From Podarcis muralis (Eukaryota): a DNA stretch of 64,000 nucleotides. The stretch lies in the NCBI RefSeq assembly GCF_964188315.1, contig NC_135668.1:30008001-30072000 (forward strand), read 5' to 3'. Position 1 is the first letter of the stretch; each line of letters starts with the position of its first letter. Below are positions 48,947 through 59,496 of the stretch, in pieces. Below the pieces are notes generated by a model. The model was not told where the DNA came from, did not search any database, and saw only the letters and a program-made list of their open reading frames with translations. Position numbers and translations under genes: made by a program.

Positions 48947-51900
48947 TCAGAGCACAATTTTGAAGGAACTGGGAGAGAAAAGGGAAGAGGAGGAATAATG
49001 AGTTTGATTTTGCAAACTTGGGACCGCAGGAGCTCGTAGGCAGAATACTCCCAGGGCAGGCTCCTGAAGCATTCACACATGCACACACCCCTGGCTGTGA
49101 GCTAGCTGGTCAATCAGGGAGCAAGCCCAACCCCAAGTGAAGCAAGGGAAGGGCAGAAGGTACCTGGTGAAGTCTGGGGAGCGGGAAATTATGTGCTGGA
49201 ACTCGGAAAGATTGATGGTCCCGTCTTTGTCGATATCGGACTCCTCCAAGATCTGGTGGAAACAAAGGAGCCTCGTGGGGCAAGAGCAGCAGCACTTCCC
49301 AGATTGGGCCGACCTTCCTCTTCACCCCACCCAGGGAGAGAGGTGAGAACTCGAACCCAGCTCCCCAGCAGCAGTAGCCCCACCTTGGCTGGTACTCACG
49401 TTCTGGATGAGCTGGTCCATCTCCATGGCACTCAGCCTGCTGTCCTCGCCTTCCCCCGTCAGGCAATTCACCAGGTTCTCCAAATCCTTCTTGTCAAGAG
49501 TTCCATCATCATCAAAATCTGGGGGTGCGGGAGGAGAACGGACCATTAGTTGGCACTCGCTGAGCTTGCCAAACTTGCCTGCTCCCAGGGGTCCTTTTAT
49601 TTGGGAGGGGAGGCCTGCTTTGCTTCTAAGAAAGAAGCAGGCCACGTTCAGCAAATCTCTGAGGGGTATTCTAGATTTCTCCACTGCTCTGCTTTTGAGA
49701 AGGAACAAATGGATACTGTAAGGGACTGGGGGGGGGAGCAGCCCTGCCATGTAGGGCAGTCCAGGGGAACCTGTGGCCCTCAATATGTTTCTGGGTCATG
49801 ACCCACTGGCCATGCTGGGATTCCAACCAAGTCTGAAAGAATATGGATTCTCATATATCCCTGGTGTGGGGTCAGAGGCAGAGACCACCTTCCTGCCTCC
49901 ATGGCAATGGCCACCTAGGCATCCCCAGGCAGGAGCCTAAGAACAACCTGCTGCATCAGGCCAATGGCCCATCTTGTCCAGCATCCTGTTCTCACAGTGG
50001 CCAACCCGGTGCCCCAAACGGAAGCTCACAAGCAGGACCCAAGCACAAGAGCCCTCTCCCCTCCCCTCTTGTGGCTTCCAGATACTGGCATTCAGAAGCA
50101 TTACTCTGCCTGACCGTGGAAACATAATATACCATAATAGCCTTAGTAGTGCTCCTTGGGGACTCAAAGGCCAGCCCAGGCTACTTCAAATTGAATTTGA
50201 AAATTGAATTGAAATTGAAATACTTTATTGTCACTTGTACAACTTGTATACAGTGAGATTACACAAGCACCCCCCACTCAGCTCTCTTAGTCTTAATTCC
50301 CCTCGTTTACTGACACACACACCAAACCCGAAGGTCAGTTGCCCTGTTGTTATCTTTTCATTCAGTAGCCTAACAGCCCACAGATAGAAGCTGTTTTTTA
50401 CCCTGATGGTGCGACTAATCATGCTTCTATATCTTCTGCCTGAAGGCAGGAGATCAAGAAAGTGCCGGCCAGGGTGTGAATCATCCCTGAGAATTTTCCT
50501 CATTCTCCTGAGGCAACGTTCCTCCACAATGTCATCCAGTGGATTCACAGGACAGCCCATAATATCTTGTGCTGTATTCACCACCCTCTGTAGGTACTTC
50601 CTATCAGATGATGTCAAACCAGCATACCACACCGTGATGCAGTATGAAAGGACACTTTCTATTGTTGACCGGTAGAAGGAGATAATCAGATGTTGATTGA
50701 CATTGTTCTTCTGCAAGACTCTGAGGAGATGGAGTCTCCGTTGGGCTTTCTTAACCACTTGGGTTGTATTTATTTCCCAAGTAAGGTCTTCACTGAGATA
50801 AACTCCTAGGAATTTAAAGGAAGAGACTCTCTCCACACAGCCCTCCCCGATGTACAGTGGGGCTAGTTCTCCTCTCTTCTTCTGAAAGTCCAACACCATC
50901 TCCTTTGTCTTGCTGATATTAAGGTGCAAGTTGTTCTCTAGGCACCATGTAGATATTTTTTGGACCTCCCCTCTATACACTGATTTGTCTCCACCTGTTA
51001 TTAAACCCATTATGGTGGTGTCATCTGCAAACTTAATAATTGCAGTAGACAGGTCCGAAGGGTTTCCCGTTGCTCATCAAGTCCAGCAGTGCCCAGGCAA
51101 GGGAGATAAAAGCCACTTCCCAACTGACCCCTTCCTAATATGGGGTAAGCAAGGAGATATGCCACCTCCAGATGTAGAGAGGGTCCTTCACCCATGCCTG
51201 TTGGTAGCCATCAATCCTCAATTTTTTCTGATCCTTTGACTAAGCTGCTGGGAAGCCAGCGCCATCCTGTCTTGAGGCTATGAATCCCATAAGCTCCTTT
51301 TGCACACTGTGTGCCAATCCGTATCCCTGTGGAGCTCTTGCATTTCAGCTCTTTCAAAGAGAGTGCAGCTGCACTCTTGGCTCACAGAAAGTCTCCCAAC
51401 AAAGTGCTTCTGCTTTCTCTCTTGCAGACTAAGCCCCAACCAGGCTGGAACTTACCAAAGATGCGGAAGGCGTAATGCGATTTGATCTCTGGCGTTGCAG
51501 AGTCGCTAAAGACGCTCAGCATGTCCAGAAAGTCCTCAAAGGACAGGCCGCCTTCCCTATCATCCGTGGTAGAGAAGACGTGGCAAATGCGGTGGCGGAA
51601 GGGGTTTGCCTGGAAGCACAAAGAGGGGAGGGGGGACTGTAAGGAGCTTCTTCCAGTGTGTTAACCAAAGCCAGTGCAGGTGGAAAGGAACAGAAGGCTA
51701 AACCCATACCAGCAAACTGGCCCTACAGATCGACCCATGGGAGGGATGGAGAAATGTGTTGGACCCTCCAAGTGATGCTGGATGCCCCCTGCCCCCAGTG
51801 ATCATCTCCAGCCTACACAACCAATTATCAGAGATTAGATTTATTTGCAATACTTATATCCCCACTTTCATTATAAATGATTTCAGGACAGGTCCCAACA

Positions 51901-53638
51901 GTAAAAACTACATAAATCCAGTCAAAAATTCGGACAAAAATCTGCAGCTTACAGTATAGTACAAAGATCACTCCCCTCGTGCTCCCTCTTCACTATACAG
52001 GCCTAAATTCAAAAGACCTAGAGGAAGGCACCAGCTTACTGGAGGATGTGATTGTTCCACAACCAGGGTGCCACCACCGAGTAAGCCCTATCCTGAGTCC
52101 CAGCACCCAGGACCTTGTTTGGTGATGGTATCCCCAAGATGGCCATCCTGGCAGATCTCAAATCACAGGCTGGACAATACAGGGAGGGAGAAGACTGCCT
52201 TCAGAGGTGGGCTCTGGGCCCTTTAGGGCTCTACATATCAAAAACAAAACAATGAGTTGGGCTCACTAGCAAATAGATGGGATGTGCAGCCCAGCCACAG
52301 CTCTTGGATGCACCCAGCTGCAGTCTTCTGTACGGGTCACAGAACAATAAACATGTATCCTGTACAGACCTTGCCCAGGGCCTCTCCTGAGAGGCAAATA
52401 ATGTTCCCTTCCTCTCCCAGCATACCCGCAGTTCAGGCAGCATCAATATCTTGCTCTTGGGGATCCTTGTGGTGAAAGCCTGATCCCGGTCCTCCTTGGG
52501 CAGCAGTTCACTGAATCGCTTGTGGGCCCTGGAAGAGAAGACAGCGGGCAATGCCAGCCAAGTTCCTTCCTCCCTGGACGGATGCCCTGCCCAGCTGGCG
52601 CCAGCTTTCCATCAGCCCTGCAGCACCAGCTCCTCCTCTCTTTGGGGTGGGGGGGTGGGAGGGTGTTTTCCCTGTGCTGCACTATGCCTGGCAGTGCCCT
52701 CCCCATCCCACTTATCTACCCACACTCAGCTTGGGGAATTCCCACTGTCATCACCACATCCCTCCAGGTGAAGCTGCAGGTGCCTCTGAACCCTTGAGCA
52801 AAGTCCGCCTGTCAACCCAGGGCTGAGGCCAGGGTGAGGGGACTGGACCTTGGCATTCCCAGGGGAGAGGGAGGGCCACGGCAGCTCAGTGATGGGACAC
52901 CCAGTTCAACCCCTGCTGGTATCTCCAGCCCCTCCCTGTGCCAGTAGAAATGGCTTGGCTACCTTAAAATCATAGAACTGCAGAGTGGAGCAGGAAGGGA
53001 CACCAAGGGTCATCTACTCCAACCCCCTGCAATGCTCTTGGGAGTCAGGCAAGCTTGCTCAGCTTGCTCAGCAATGGCAGGGTCGTTGGGAAGCCTGTCT
53101 CCCCACTGCTCACACCCAGGCACCCTAGAAAGAGCCTCACGAAGGAGGGGGGGAATATACTCACAGCAGGATCTCTTGCTTGGTCAAGAAGGTCAGCTCC
53201 TAGGAAAGCGGCACGAGGCGGAAAGGAGGGAGAGAAGGTTAGTCTGCTGGAGATGAGGGAGGGGTCCCATCATGCCTCCTTCACCAGTCTGCCCCGTGCC
53301 CTGGGGCTGCCCTCCAGACGTGGCTCCAGACTCCTCCTCCTCCCAGAAGCCTGCACCATCTATGGGCAACAGGAATGAGCTGGAGTCCCGTCACATCTGA
53401 AGGGAAGCCCCCTGGAGGGGGGCAAGTTGACGCCCACACACAACTACTGCCCCTCAGCTCCTCTCCCACCCCGCCAAGCGAGAAAGGTTTAGAGAGCCCA
53501 GCGAAGACGTCCATACGCCCCCCCCCCTCCTCGGACGAAGGCAGCCCAGCGAGCTGCACAGCGAAGGGACGAGGCGGGAGTGCGTACCTGGTATTCCCCC
53601 AGGAGGTCTCGGGGTAGGCGGCTGCCGGAGGCCCCCAT
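48947..53638 (-). CDS. CIB1: Calcium and integrin-binding protein 1 (190 aa, 7 exons)
   Basis: Exons 53638-53588, 53199-53165, 52528-52426, 51609-51456, 49518-49400, 49252-49164, 48968-48947 (573 nt, GT-AG). Starts [17 protein letters not shown] (Gly2 myristoylation site); EF-hands [12 protein letters not shown] and [12 protein letters not shown]; ends SSFKIVL*. Confidence 0.97.
50186..51043 (-). mobile_element. 5'-truncated Rex1/Babar-clade LINE
   Basis: Minus strand [15 protein letters not shown]...[13 protein letters not shown]...FKFLGVYL...LPSGRRYRS...AVRLLN (RT C-terminal half, ORF 50231-51010), followed by AATAAA and a (TTCAA)n-like tail. Lies in CIB1 intron 4. Confidence 0.85.
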
Positions 53639-54430
53639 GGCGACGACGGTACAACTTGAAGCAAACTCCGGGAACTTCCTTGTCTCCTCCTCCTCCTCCC
53701 CACTCCCCTCGACGGGACGTCACTGTCGCCAGGCAACCACTCCGTAGCCCCGCCCATTCCGAAAGGAGGCAGGCGGAGCCCGGCATGGCCCGTTGCGGGG
53801 GGTGGGGTGTCCCGGGATTCGTCGCTGCTGGGAGACTCCGAGGCATCCCCTCCTCCGCTCGCCGGCCGGCAGTTAGAACAGGATGAATGGAGGCCCCCTC
53901 TCCCACCGTTCCCTGCACCAGATAAGCTCCGGCGGTCGGAGCCGTCGAGGGAGAATCAGCAGCGATGGCATCCCGCGCTGTGGCCAAGCCGGTGATGGGC
54001 TTCCTTCCCCAGATTAGTCGACGCTGCTGCCAGTCCCGCCCGACGACCGCGACTAAGGAAGCGCCGCCCGGGACGCGGCCACGTAGCCCACCGGCAGTCC
54101 GACGTGAGCAGCACAGCGGCGGCAGGTGAGGAAGAAGAGAGAGGGATCCGGCCGGACTTCGTCTACGGGGCCCAGGAGAGGTAGGAGGCTAGGAGCGGGC
54201 CGGGCTGTGTTGCTTGTGGAGCAGCGGGGAGGCTGCAGTGTGTGCGCTGGGCGGCGTCCTCTCCTGGCAATGCTGCTGCGGATCCCCCAGACGGCAGCCC
54301 TCTGGACGCAAGCCGGAGCACGCCGGGCTTTTTCGCCAACAGAGGCTGGGGCTGGCGAGCCCCCCGTGCGTTAAGGAGCCCGAGGGGGACGCCATGGTCG
54401 AGGAGTGGAGGGCACCCACTGGCGCTGCCC
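53480..54430. promoter_or_regulatory. Bidirectional CpG-island promoter of CIB1 and GDPGP1
   Basis: CpG island with CIB1 exon 1 (-) and a plus-strand exon ending at donor CAG|GTGAGG (54126). X-box-like GTCGCCAGGCAAC at 53725-53737 and CRE-like GACGTCAC at about 53715-53722. Confidence 0.8.
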
Positions 54431-54955
54431 GGACTCACAGCATGAGGAGCTCCCCCCATTTCTTTTGCTTTCAGGAAACGTACAGCCCAGCAGGGCCACA
54501 GAGCAGCAATGGGATGGGGAGTTTCATTCTTCACACTGACCCAGTAAGCATAACTGTCAACTTTTCCTTTTTCTTGCGAGGAATCCTATTTGGAATAAGG
54601 GAATTTCCCTTAAAAAAGGGAAAACGTTGATAGCTATACCCAGTAAGTCTGGCTTTGCCATCCTGGTGCCTCCATTTGTTTTTGACTACAACTCCCATCA
54701 GCCCCCAAACATCTGGAGGGTACCAGGTTGGCGTTGGCAAAGGAAGAGCTGGTGGTGCCAGCCTCAGACTGCTCTTCCACATATGTTTGGCCTCCCAGTC
54801 CAGAGCTGAGTTACCCAGCCGAACTGCAGGCACTGAAAGCAACCAAGAACAGCTCTCTGGGGCTTCATTGTGGCTCTCTCTAATGTTGGCTCTTCTGTCT
54901 TTCTTAGTTCTATTTCAGAGCAGCAGAGGAGCCTCTGGTTGCCTCCACCCTAACC

Positions 54956-56119
54956 ATGGAGCTTGGCCCCACCAGCCATGAACCTCCGAGACCCCAGTCT
55001 CAGAAGGGCTCCGATCTCTCCCCTGCAGAGGTTTTTGCCTATGACGAGAGGGACTTTGTGCTGAGTGGAGTAGAGTGGCAGGAAAACAGAGGGAATCGTG
55101 GACCCCCTGGCCACACCATGTCCCGCTTTGACAGAGTTCTTCAGTCAGGCTGGAAGGACAGACAGAACCGGGGACTCTTCCGCTACTACTTGGAGGAGCT
55201 GCAGACTCGGATCCTGCCAGGGATGGTAGGATTTGTGGCCCAGCTGAACATCCAAAGGGGGTCAGAGAGAAGGAGACCCCAGGAGATCCAAAGCATCCAG
55301 CAGAGATTTGACCCCCAGCAGTTCAACTTCAGCAAGATCCGGCCTGAGGAGATTCTCTTTGGCATGTCCAGGGGCCAGACTTCCTCGAGGCCCTGCTTGG
55401 CAGGTGCTCAGATTCCGCCTGGCTCTGCCTTTGTCCTTGTAGTGATCAATATCAGCCCTTTAGAGTTTGGGCACATCCTTCTCATCCCTGATCCCACACT
55501 CTCATTGCCACAGATCCTCACCCCACAGGTCGTCTGCTTTGGCCTGGATGCTGTCCTCCTCAGTGGCCACCCTGGCTTCCGTGTGGGTTTCAACAGCCTT
55601 GGGGCCTTTGCCTCGGTCAACCACTTGCACCTGCATGGCTTTTACCTGAACTGGGAGCTGCTGGTTGAATCAGCCCCCTGTGAGCCTCTCCTGCCCGAAG
55701 CAAACTTCTATCTGCTGCAGGAGGTCCCAGTTCCCTGCTTCGTCTTCTATAGTGAAGGGCAGCAGTTAGAGAAGCTGGCAGAGCGTGTTTGCCAGGTCAC
55801 CAACTATCTGGTAAAGAAGGAGATCGCTCACAACCTCTTCATAACCAGGGGTGCTAAACCAGAGGGGCCCGTCCACTCAGGAGCCCGACCTGGAATCCGG
55901 ATCATAGTCTGGGCCAGGAAATCCTGTTTTGGTACCAAAGAAGAGTCTGCGTTCAATGTGGCTCTCTGCGAGCTGGCAGGGCACCTGCCCATCAAAACTG
56001 CCCATGATTTTGAGAGTCTCACAGAAGCACTGGCCATTCGCACCCTTCAGAAATGTCTCCTCCCAGACTCTCTGTTTTCCCAGCTCCAGTGTGAGCTGGT
56101 GGCCCTCCTCAAAGAGTGA
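54956..56119 (+). CDS. GDPGP1: GDP-D-glucose phosphorylase 1 (387 aa, single-exon core CDS)
   Basis: Intact ORF with GLFRY, FVAQLN...RR, NISPLEFGHILLIP and HIT-like GFNSLGAFASVNHLHLH motifs; acceptor TTTCAG| at 54918; syntenic with CIB1. Confidence 0.96.
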   Translation: MELGPTSHEPPRPQSQKGSDLSPAEVFAYDERDFVLSGVEWQENRGNRGPPGHTMSRFDRVLQSGWKDRQNRGLFRYYLEELQTRILPGMVGFVAQLNIQRGSERRRPQEIQSIQQRFDPQQFNFSKIRPEEILFGMSRGQTSSRPCLAGAQIPPGSAFVLVVINISPLEFGHILLIPDPTLSLPQILTPQVVCFGLDAVLLSGHPGFRVGFNSLGAFASVNHLHLHGFYLNWELLVESAPCEPLLPEANFYLLQEVPVPCFVFYSEGQQLEKLAERVCQVTNYLVKKEIAHNLFITRGAKPEGPVHSGARPGIRIIVWARKSCFGTKEESAFNVALCELAGHLPIKTAHDFESLTEALAIRTLQKCLLPDSLFSQLQCELVALLKE

Positions 56120-56240
56120 TGTCACAGGGATGGTTGTGCTTCTGGAAATTCTGCTAATGTGTGCCTGTTCAGTAAGGAGGGGAGAGAGACCTCGTTTACC
56201 CACAAATGCCATGGTAGGAGGACATGCAAAATTGCTGGTC

Positions 56241-56246
56241 AATAAA
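56241..56246 (+). terminator. Candidate polyadenylation signal of GDPGP1
   Basis: AATAAA about 120 nt after the stop codon. Confidence 0.6.
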
Positions 56247-56928
56247 GCATAAATTCAACTGAATTCCCGCCTTTGTTCTTTTGACTCACAAGCTGTAACA
56301 CAATATTTGCTTTCCTTAAAGCGCTTACACGGAATCAGACCATTTAGCTCAGTATTGTCCACCCCAGGAGTTGCCAACATAGCCAATTAAGGGAATCATA
56401 GTCCACATCTAGGTGGGCACCATGCTCGTTACCCCGATCTACAATGTCAGGTGTGAGCTCTCTTAAGGCATCAGGTAGGAATCTTTCCCAGCCCCACTGG
56501 GAGATGCTGCCTGGACTTGGACTACTGCTCTGCACTGTTTGAGTGCTAAACTGAATATGTGTGATCCCTAAGCATTCCCAGTTAGAGCCCCTGTCAGTGT
56601 AGACAATACTGAGCCAGATGGACCAAGGATCTAGTTTGGCACATCCTTAATTTGACAACTTCATATATAAACAAACTGTTGCAAAAAAGTAGGGTTGTAG
56701 ACAATGCCATGCTACTGAAAGCCAGCGTGGGATAAGCATGAGCCTTGGGCACTGGTTGTAGAGATCTTGTCTTTAGAAAAATGCCCTAGTATTGCCTGAG
56801 CCACCCCTGAATAACAAGTCCTGCAGCTGTTGATGGTATTTATTTGCTCAGTACACCTTCAATTAAGAACATAAGAACCTACTGAATCAGGCCAATGGCC
56901 CATCTAATCTAACATCCTAGCTGAACAT

Positions 56929-57063
56929 TCACACTCCGAAGAAGTGTGCACGCACACGAAAGCTCATACCAAGAACTAACTTAGTTGGTCTTTAAGGTGC
57001 TACTGGAAGGAATTTTTTTGTTTTGACTATGGCAGACCAACACGGCTACCTATCTGTAACTGA
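56929..57063 (+). mobile_element. 135-bp Penelope-like terminal-repeat fragment with hammerhead-like motif
   Basis: Flanked by exact 15-bp direct repeat ATCCTAGCTGAACAT (56914-56928, 57064-57078). Contains CCGAAGA-A-GTGTGC-ac-GCACAC-GAAAG-CTC at 56936-56965. Confidence 0.65.
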
Positions 57064-57439
57064 ATCCTAGCTGAACATCTGTCTGTGAGAAGCTGGCAAG
57101 TAGGATTTAATCACAAGAACAGCACAATCCTTTCTTGTTGCTTTCAGAAACTGGTAGTCAGAAGCATTGCTTCCTCTGACTGTGAAGGCAGGGAAAAGCC
57201 ATCGTGGCTAGTAGCCATTAATGGTCCTTTCCGTGAAGAAGAGTTTTGGATAACTCTAAAACTTGCACACTTTGGCATGATAGAGGTGATTTCGGCTTCC
57301 TTCAGGGCCACCTTTTTATTTTACATCTATCTATTTAATGACGCTTTTTTTAAAACAAGGTCAAGTAATGTCCAGATAAACACAAGGAAAGAAGAGAGGA
57401 GAGAGGCTGCCCATTGGCTTTCTAATGCTGTCACAGGCA

Positions 57440-58210
57440 GCGAGGACTCTAAACCGGGATCTCCGAGACCGGATATCCGCTTCCATATTCTCTCTCTCTC
57501 TCCCCCCCCCCACCGCCATGTCAGGGAAGAGACGTCCAATAGGAATGAGCAAATCCGAGAAGCGCGGCTTGATGGTCCATGTACGGTAAATCGAATCACA
57601 ACGCGGGCCAACGGCGAGCGAGATCCTGCCTCACGTCACAAAGAGCAGGTCGCCAGGCGATGACGAAATGCGGAAGCGGAGTGGGAAGGAAGCGGCGCTC
57701 AGTCCTTCGAACCGCCCTTTATGGTTGTGGCGCTTCGGCCCCGCCCCTTCGTCCGCGTCCGCCCGAGGGGGCGGGGCCCGCTGTCGGCATGGTGACAGCG
57801 TCAGGGCCCGAGGCAGCCCGAGGCCCAGGCGCCGCCGCCGCCGCCTCGGGGGAAGCCGCGGGGCCGGTAAGGAGCCGCCAGGAGGAATGAGTGGCGGTGG
57901 GGCAAAAGAGCCCGCAGCCCTGGGGTCTCCCCGGCCCGGGAAGCCTCGAAGGTGCCCCGCCGACCCCTCTCCCGCCCCCGGTGACTTCTCTTGTCCCTGC
58001 GGAAGGGGGCCGTCGAGGACCTTCCTCCTCGCAGGGTGAACCTGAGGCCGCTTTAGTGCTGTCCTACACGCCGAGTCAGTGTGTGGATGTGAACCGGTCA
58101 GACCCCAAAGCAACCCCGGCCAGCCTGGCGCCTCGGAGCCCAGAACCGCAGCCAGTACCACTAGAGGTCCTCGCAGGCCCAAACACCTGGAGGGCGGCGC
58201 CAGGCTGGCT
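57440..58210 (+). promoter_or_regulatory. CpG island, probable TTLL13 promoter / first exon
   Basis: CpG-rich with GC boxes, TCACGTCA at 57631-57638, and donor CCG|GTAAGG at 57867; about 1.6 kb upstream of the TTLL13 coding start. Confidence 0.65.
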
Positions 58211-59496
58211 AAGGCTGCCAAAGATGGGGTCGCTGGTACCCTGCAGGTGTAGCTGGGCACAGCTCCCACTCAACCACCCCTCCTGGCTCTTGGCTTACCT
58301 GCCGCCTGCTGGCATTTGTCGAGCAACATCTAGAGGGCTACAGAAGGTCCCCTGCCCCTCCTCTCCCCACGATCCGCTTCCCCAGAGCTTCTCTCTGTGG
58401 CACACCACCCTTCCCTGTTTGCAGACATGCAGGTCACTTGCGTATGGGTTCCTCTCCTGGAGGCTGTCTTCCCCTATCTGGTGCCCTACAGACTGTGTTA
58501 TGACTTCCATAATCCCTGACCATTGACCATACTGGTTGGGGCTGATGGGAGTTGTCATCCAATACATTTTGGAGGGTGGCCAGTTGCGGAAGACTGCCTT
58601 AATGCCTTCCTTCTCTCCCCCCTCCCCCCAGGCCTTTGCAAGGAGAGCAAGCTGTGCTGAAATTGGAAGCGCAGAGTTGGCTACAGAAATATTTTAATTC
58701 TTTGGTTGTATTCTTTTGGTTTAGTTACTATCATTTACTTTTAAGATGAATATTGTAAACAACCCTGTGATCCTGACAGCTTAGAAATATAGTAAATAAA
58801 CAATGAATAATATACTAGTACAGTAGTGCTCAATCCATGCTTAATATTGCTAAGGCCAGCACAAGTTTGTGCCACTCCCTGCCACACTTTGCTGTAGGGT
58901 CTGGCTATCCAACCTCTCCAAGCTGCCCTCTCCCTGTCCCCTTCTTGTTCAATGTCTCTGGATGTCCCAGTCTTCAGGCAGGGCACCTCCTTTGTCTTTG
59001 GCTGCTAAACTGCATAATCCAAGCCCCTCCAGTAATTTGTGGGATATGTGCTCTGCTGGTAAACTGAATCAACTGCAAGTAAAATGTGGATTTAGAAATG
59101 CTTCAGTTTTAGAATCTGGAGAGTTACTGCCAGTCAGAGCAGGTATTAATATGAAAGTGGACCTGCCATTCTGATTCATTATGAGGCATTTTGGCTGGAA
59201 GTTTTAGAGGAAGGGAGGATGTCCTAGGTGGCTGAAGAGGCTTGGAAGAAACCCACAAAGATGGTGCTACCATTTTAAAATTTACCTATACCCCACATTC
59301 AGGAACATCCCTGGGCAGCTTACAAATAATTAACATTCCAGTAAAACAAAAGCATTAAAATACCACAATACAAAGGAGCATTATAAAGAAGACAAGTTTG
59401 CTTTGGATTATCAGTAGCTAGTAAGAAATGTCAGAGTGGCAGGATCTGCTGACAACCCTTTCTTCCCTGTGCTCTTTTGCAAGAGTGCCTGAGAGA

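Noticed and set aside
57789-57866. Possible extra first coding exon of TTLL13 (MVTASGPEAARGPGAAAAASGEAAGP, phase 0)
   Set aside because: Splicing to the acceptors at 59484 or 59486 is out of frame with the TTLL13 ORF and stops before or near ATG 59497. An intermediate exon cannot be established, so it is left as a possible UTR exon or uORF.
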